In this document: positions 62,710 to 64,000 of the stretch, piece after piece
How the letters are laid out: the number at the start of each line of letters is the position of its first letter
Position numbering within the stretch: position 1 is the first letter of the stretch
Assembly: GCA_039588295.1 (NCBI GenBank)
Contig: JBDHAB010000007.1
Span: 96,001 to 160,000 of the forward strand
Direction: 5' to 3'
DNA length: 64,000 nt
From: Gemmatimonadota bacterium
Lineage (GTDB): Bacteria > Gemmatimonadota > Gemmatimonadetes > Gemmatimonadales > GWC2-71-9
Made by a program: the position numbers and the translations under genes
The notes under the pieces: generated by a model
What the model was told of the DNA's origin: nothing
Databases searched by the model: none
Seen by the model: the letters and a program-made list of their open reading frames with translations, nothing else

Positions 62710-64000
62710 ATGCCCTTCCTCCGGTTCACCGAGTTGGTCAGCGGCGACTCTTACGAGTTCCATGTCACCGTTGTCCGCATCGGTCGCGATCCCGCGAATG
62801 ACGTGACGCCCGCGGGTGCGGGCAGCGAAGTCGTGTCCGGTCGGCACTGTCGGTTCCGCTTCCATGATGAACGGTGGTGGCTCGAGGACTTTGGTTCTCG
62901 CAATGGCACCTTTCTCCAGGAGCGCCGCCTCGCGCCCGGCACGCCGCAGCCGCTGTCGCCGGGTAGTGTGATCCGGTTGGGAGCGCGCGGTCCGCAGTTC
63001 CGCATCGAGGCCGTCGAAACACAGCTCGAGGAAACCCTGGTCGAAGATCCGGGTGCGACGACCCCGGTGAGGGCGATCGCTGCCGACCTCCTGCCCGAGC
63101 CCCCGCCGGACGCGCCGCCGAAACCGGAGGCGACGGTGCTGCTGGTCGAGCCACAGAGTGGGGAGACCTACCGGCTGCGCGGGGCACGGATTCGCATCGG
63201 ACGCGGCAAGGAGTGCGAGTTTCAGCCCGTCGGGCCAGACGATACGTCGGTGTCGCGGGTACATGCCGAGATCGTGCTGAAGCCCGATGGCGCGATCGTG
63301 ATTCGGGATGCGCAGAGCCGCAACGGAACCTTCATCGGGGGTACCCGGCTCGTAGGTGAGCGCGAGCTGCAGCCGGGGAACCGCATTCGACTCGGACTCA
63401 AGGGCCCCGAGCTGGCCGTCATGGACGTCGTGGGCCCGGAACCGGCGCCCGCCGCTGCGGGACAGCAGCCGAAGTCCGCGAAGGGTGCCGCCTCGCGAGC
63501 GGCGGAGAAGCTGGGTGCTGTCAGGAGGAGCTTCGGCGGCAAAGGTGCGACGCTGTTCTTTCATCAGCTGTTCCAGGAATCGTCGCGCCGCGCGGCCCGC
63601 CGAATTCGCTGGGTCGCCTGGTCGACCGTGATTGTGCTGACGGTCGCCGTGGGCGGTTTGTACTGGTACAAGGACCGACTCGAGCGGCAATTGCGCTCGC
63701 ACGTTGCGGCTCAGCGGGCGGCTGCCGACTCGATCCGCGAAGCGGCAGCGGCGGAGTACGAACGACTGCGGGTCGCGCTTGCCGAGGCGCGCGCCAGCTC
63801 CGCGCCGCGGGTCGTCGTCGACAGTTTGCGCGCGGCCCTGGACGACGCTGAGGTGCGTACGGCCGCGCTCGAAGTGGCGTTGCGGCGTGCCGAGGCATCA
63901 CTGGCACAGCAGCTTGCCGCCGGGGATTCCCTCCGCAGGGCAGCGCAGGTCGAGCTCGGGCGGCTTCGCAGCGAGCTGGAGCGCGCGAGCGCGACGGGCA
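62710..64000 (+). CDS. Dual-FHA domain membrane protein with coiled coil; 3' end runs off the window
   Basis: Not in the ORF track; translated by hand from ATG 62710. FHA1 RIGRD..VSGRH..SRNGTF, Pro-rich linker, FHA2 RIGRG..VSRVH..SRNGTF, TM WVAWSTVIVLTVAVGGLYWY, then an A/E/R-rich coiled coil. Confidence 0.88.
   Translation, partial: MPFLRFTELVSGDSYEFHVTVVRIGRDPANDVTPAGAGSEVVSGRHCRFRFHDERWWLEDFGSRNGTFLQERRLAPGTPQPLSPGSVIRLGARGPQFRIEAVETQLEETLVEDPGATTPVRAIAADLLPEPPPDAPPKPEATVLLVEPQSGETYRLRGARIRIGRGKECEFQPVGPDDTSVSRVHAEIVLKPDGAIVIRDAQSRNGTFIGGTRLVGERELQPGNRIRLGLKGPELAVMDVVGPEPAPAAAGQQPKSAKGAASRAAEKLGAVRRSFGGKGATLFFHQLFQESSRRAARRIRWVAWSTVIVLTVAVGGLYWYKDRLERQLRSHVAAQRAAADSIREAAAAEYERLRVALAEARASSAPRVVVDSLRAALDDAEVRTAALEVALRRAEASLAQQLAAGDSLRRAAQVELGRLRSELERASATG

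Overview
This is a GC-rich, densely coded chromosomal window with about 48 genes. The gene content (Ig-like lipoproteins, Hanks kinases, FHA proteins, PIG-L and PD40 proteins) suggests Gemmatimonadota, which is an inference. Core metabolism includes moaA, a three-gene pnt transhydrogenase, arfB, acnA, tkt-pgi-rpiA, a Cys/Met-metabolism PLP enzyme and an acyl-CoA dehydrogenase. There are many exported hydrolases, a Fe3+/polyamine-type ABC importer, an ABC-2 exporter, and a TetR-TolC-MFP-RND operon with a clear palindromic operator. A ~1,840-aa Ig-repeat surface lipoprotein with four ~690-bp tandem repeats is broken by a 10-nt deletion. At the right end, a pseudokinase-kinase tandem gene is divergent from a dual-FHA membrane protein and is followed by a GT4 and a nitrilase-family gene lacking its catalytic Lys; this is the best candidate for an undescribed system. 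Other oddities are a decayed thioredoxin, a 134-bp MITE-like element beside a hairpin cluster between acnA and tkt, two related purine-rich heptamer arrays at operon ends, probable CUG and leaderless starts, and an internally deleted ABC substrate-binding gene. I saw no rRNA, tRNA, CRISPR array, transposase or phage genes. All calls come from reading motifs by eye; no database search was run.
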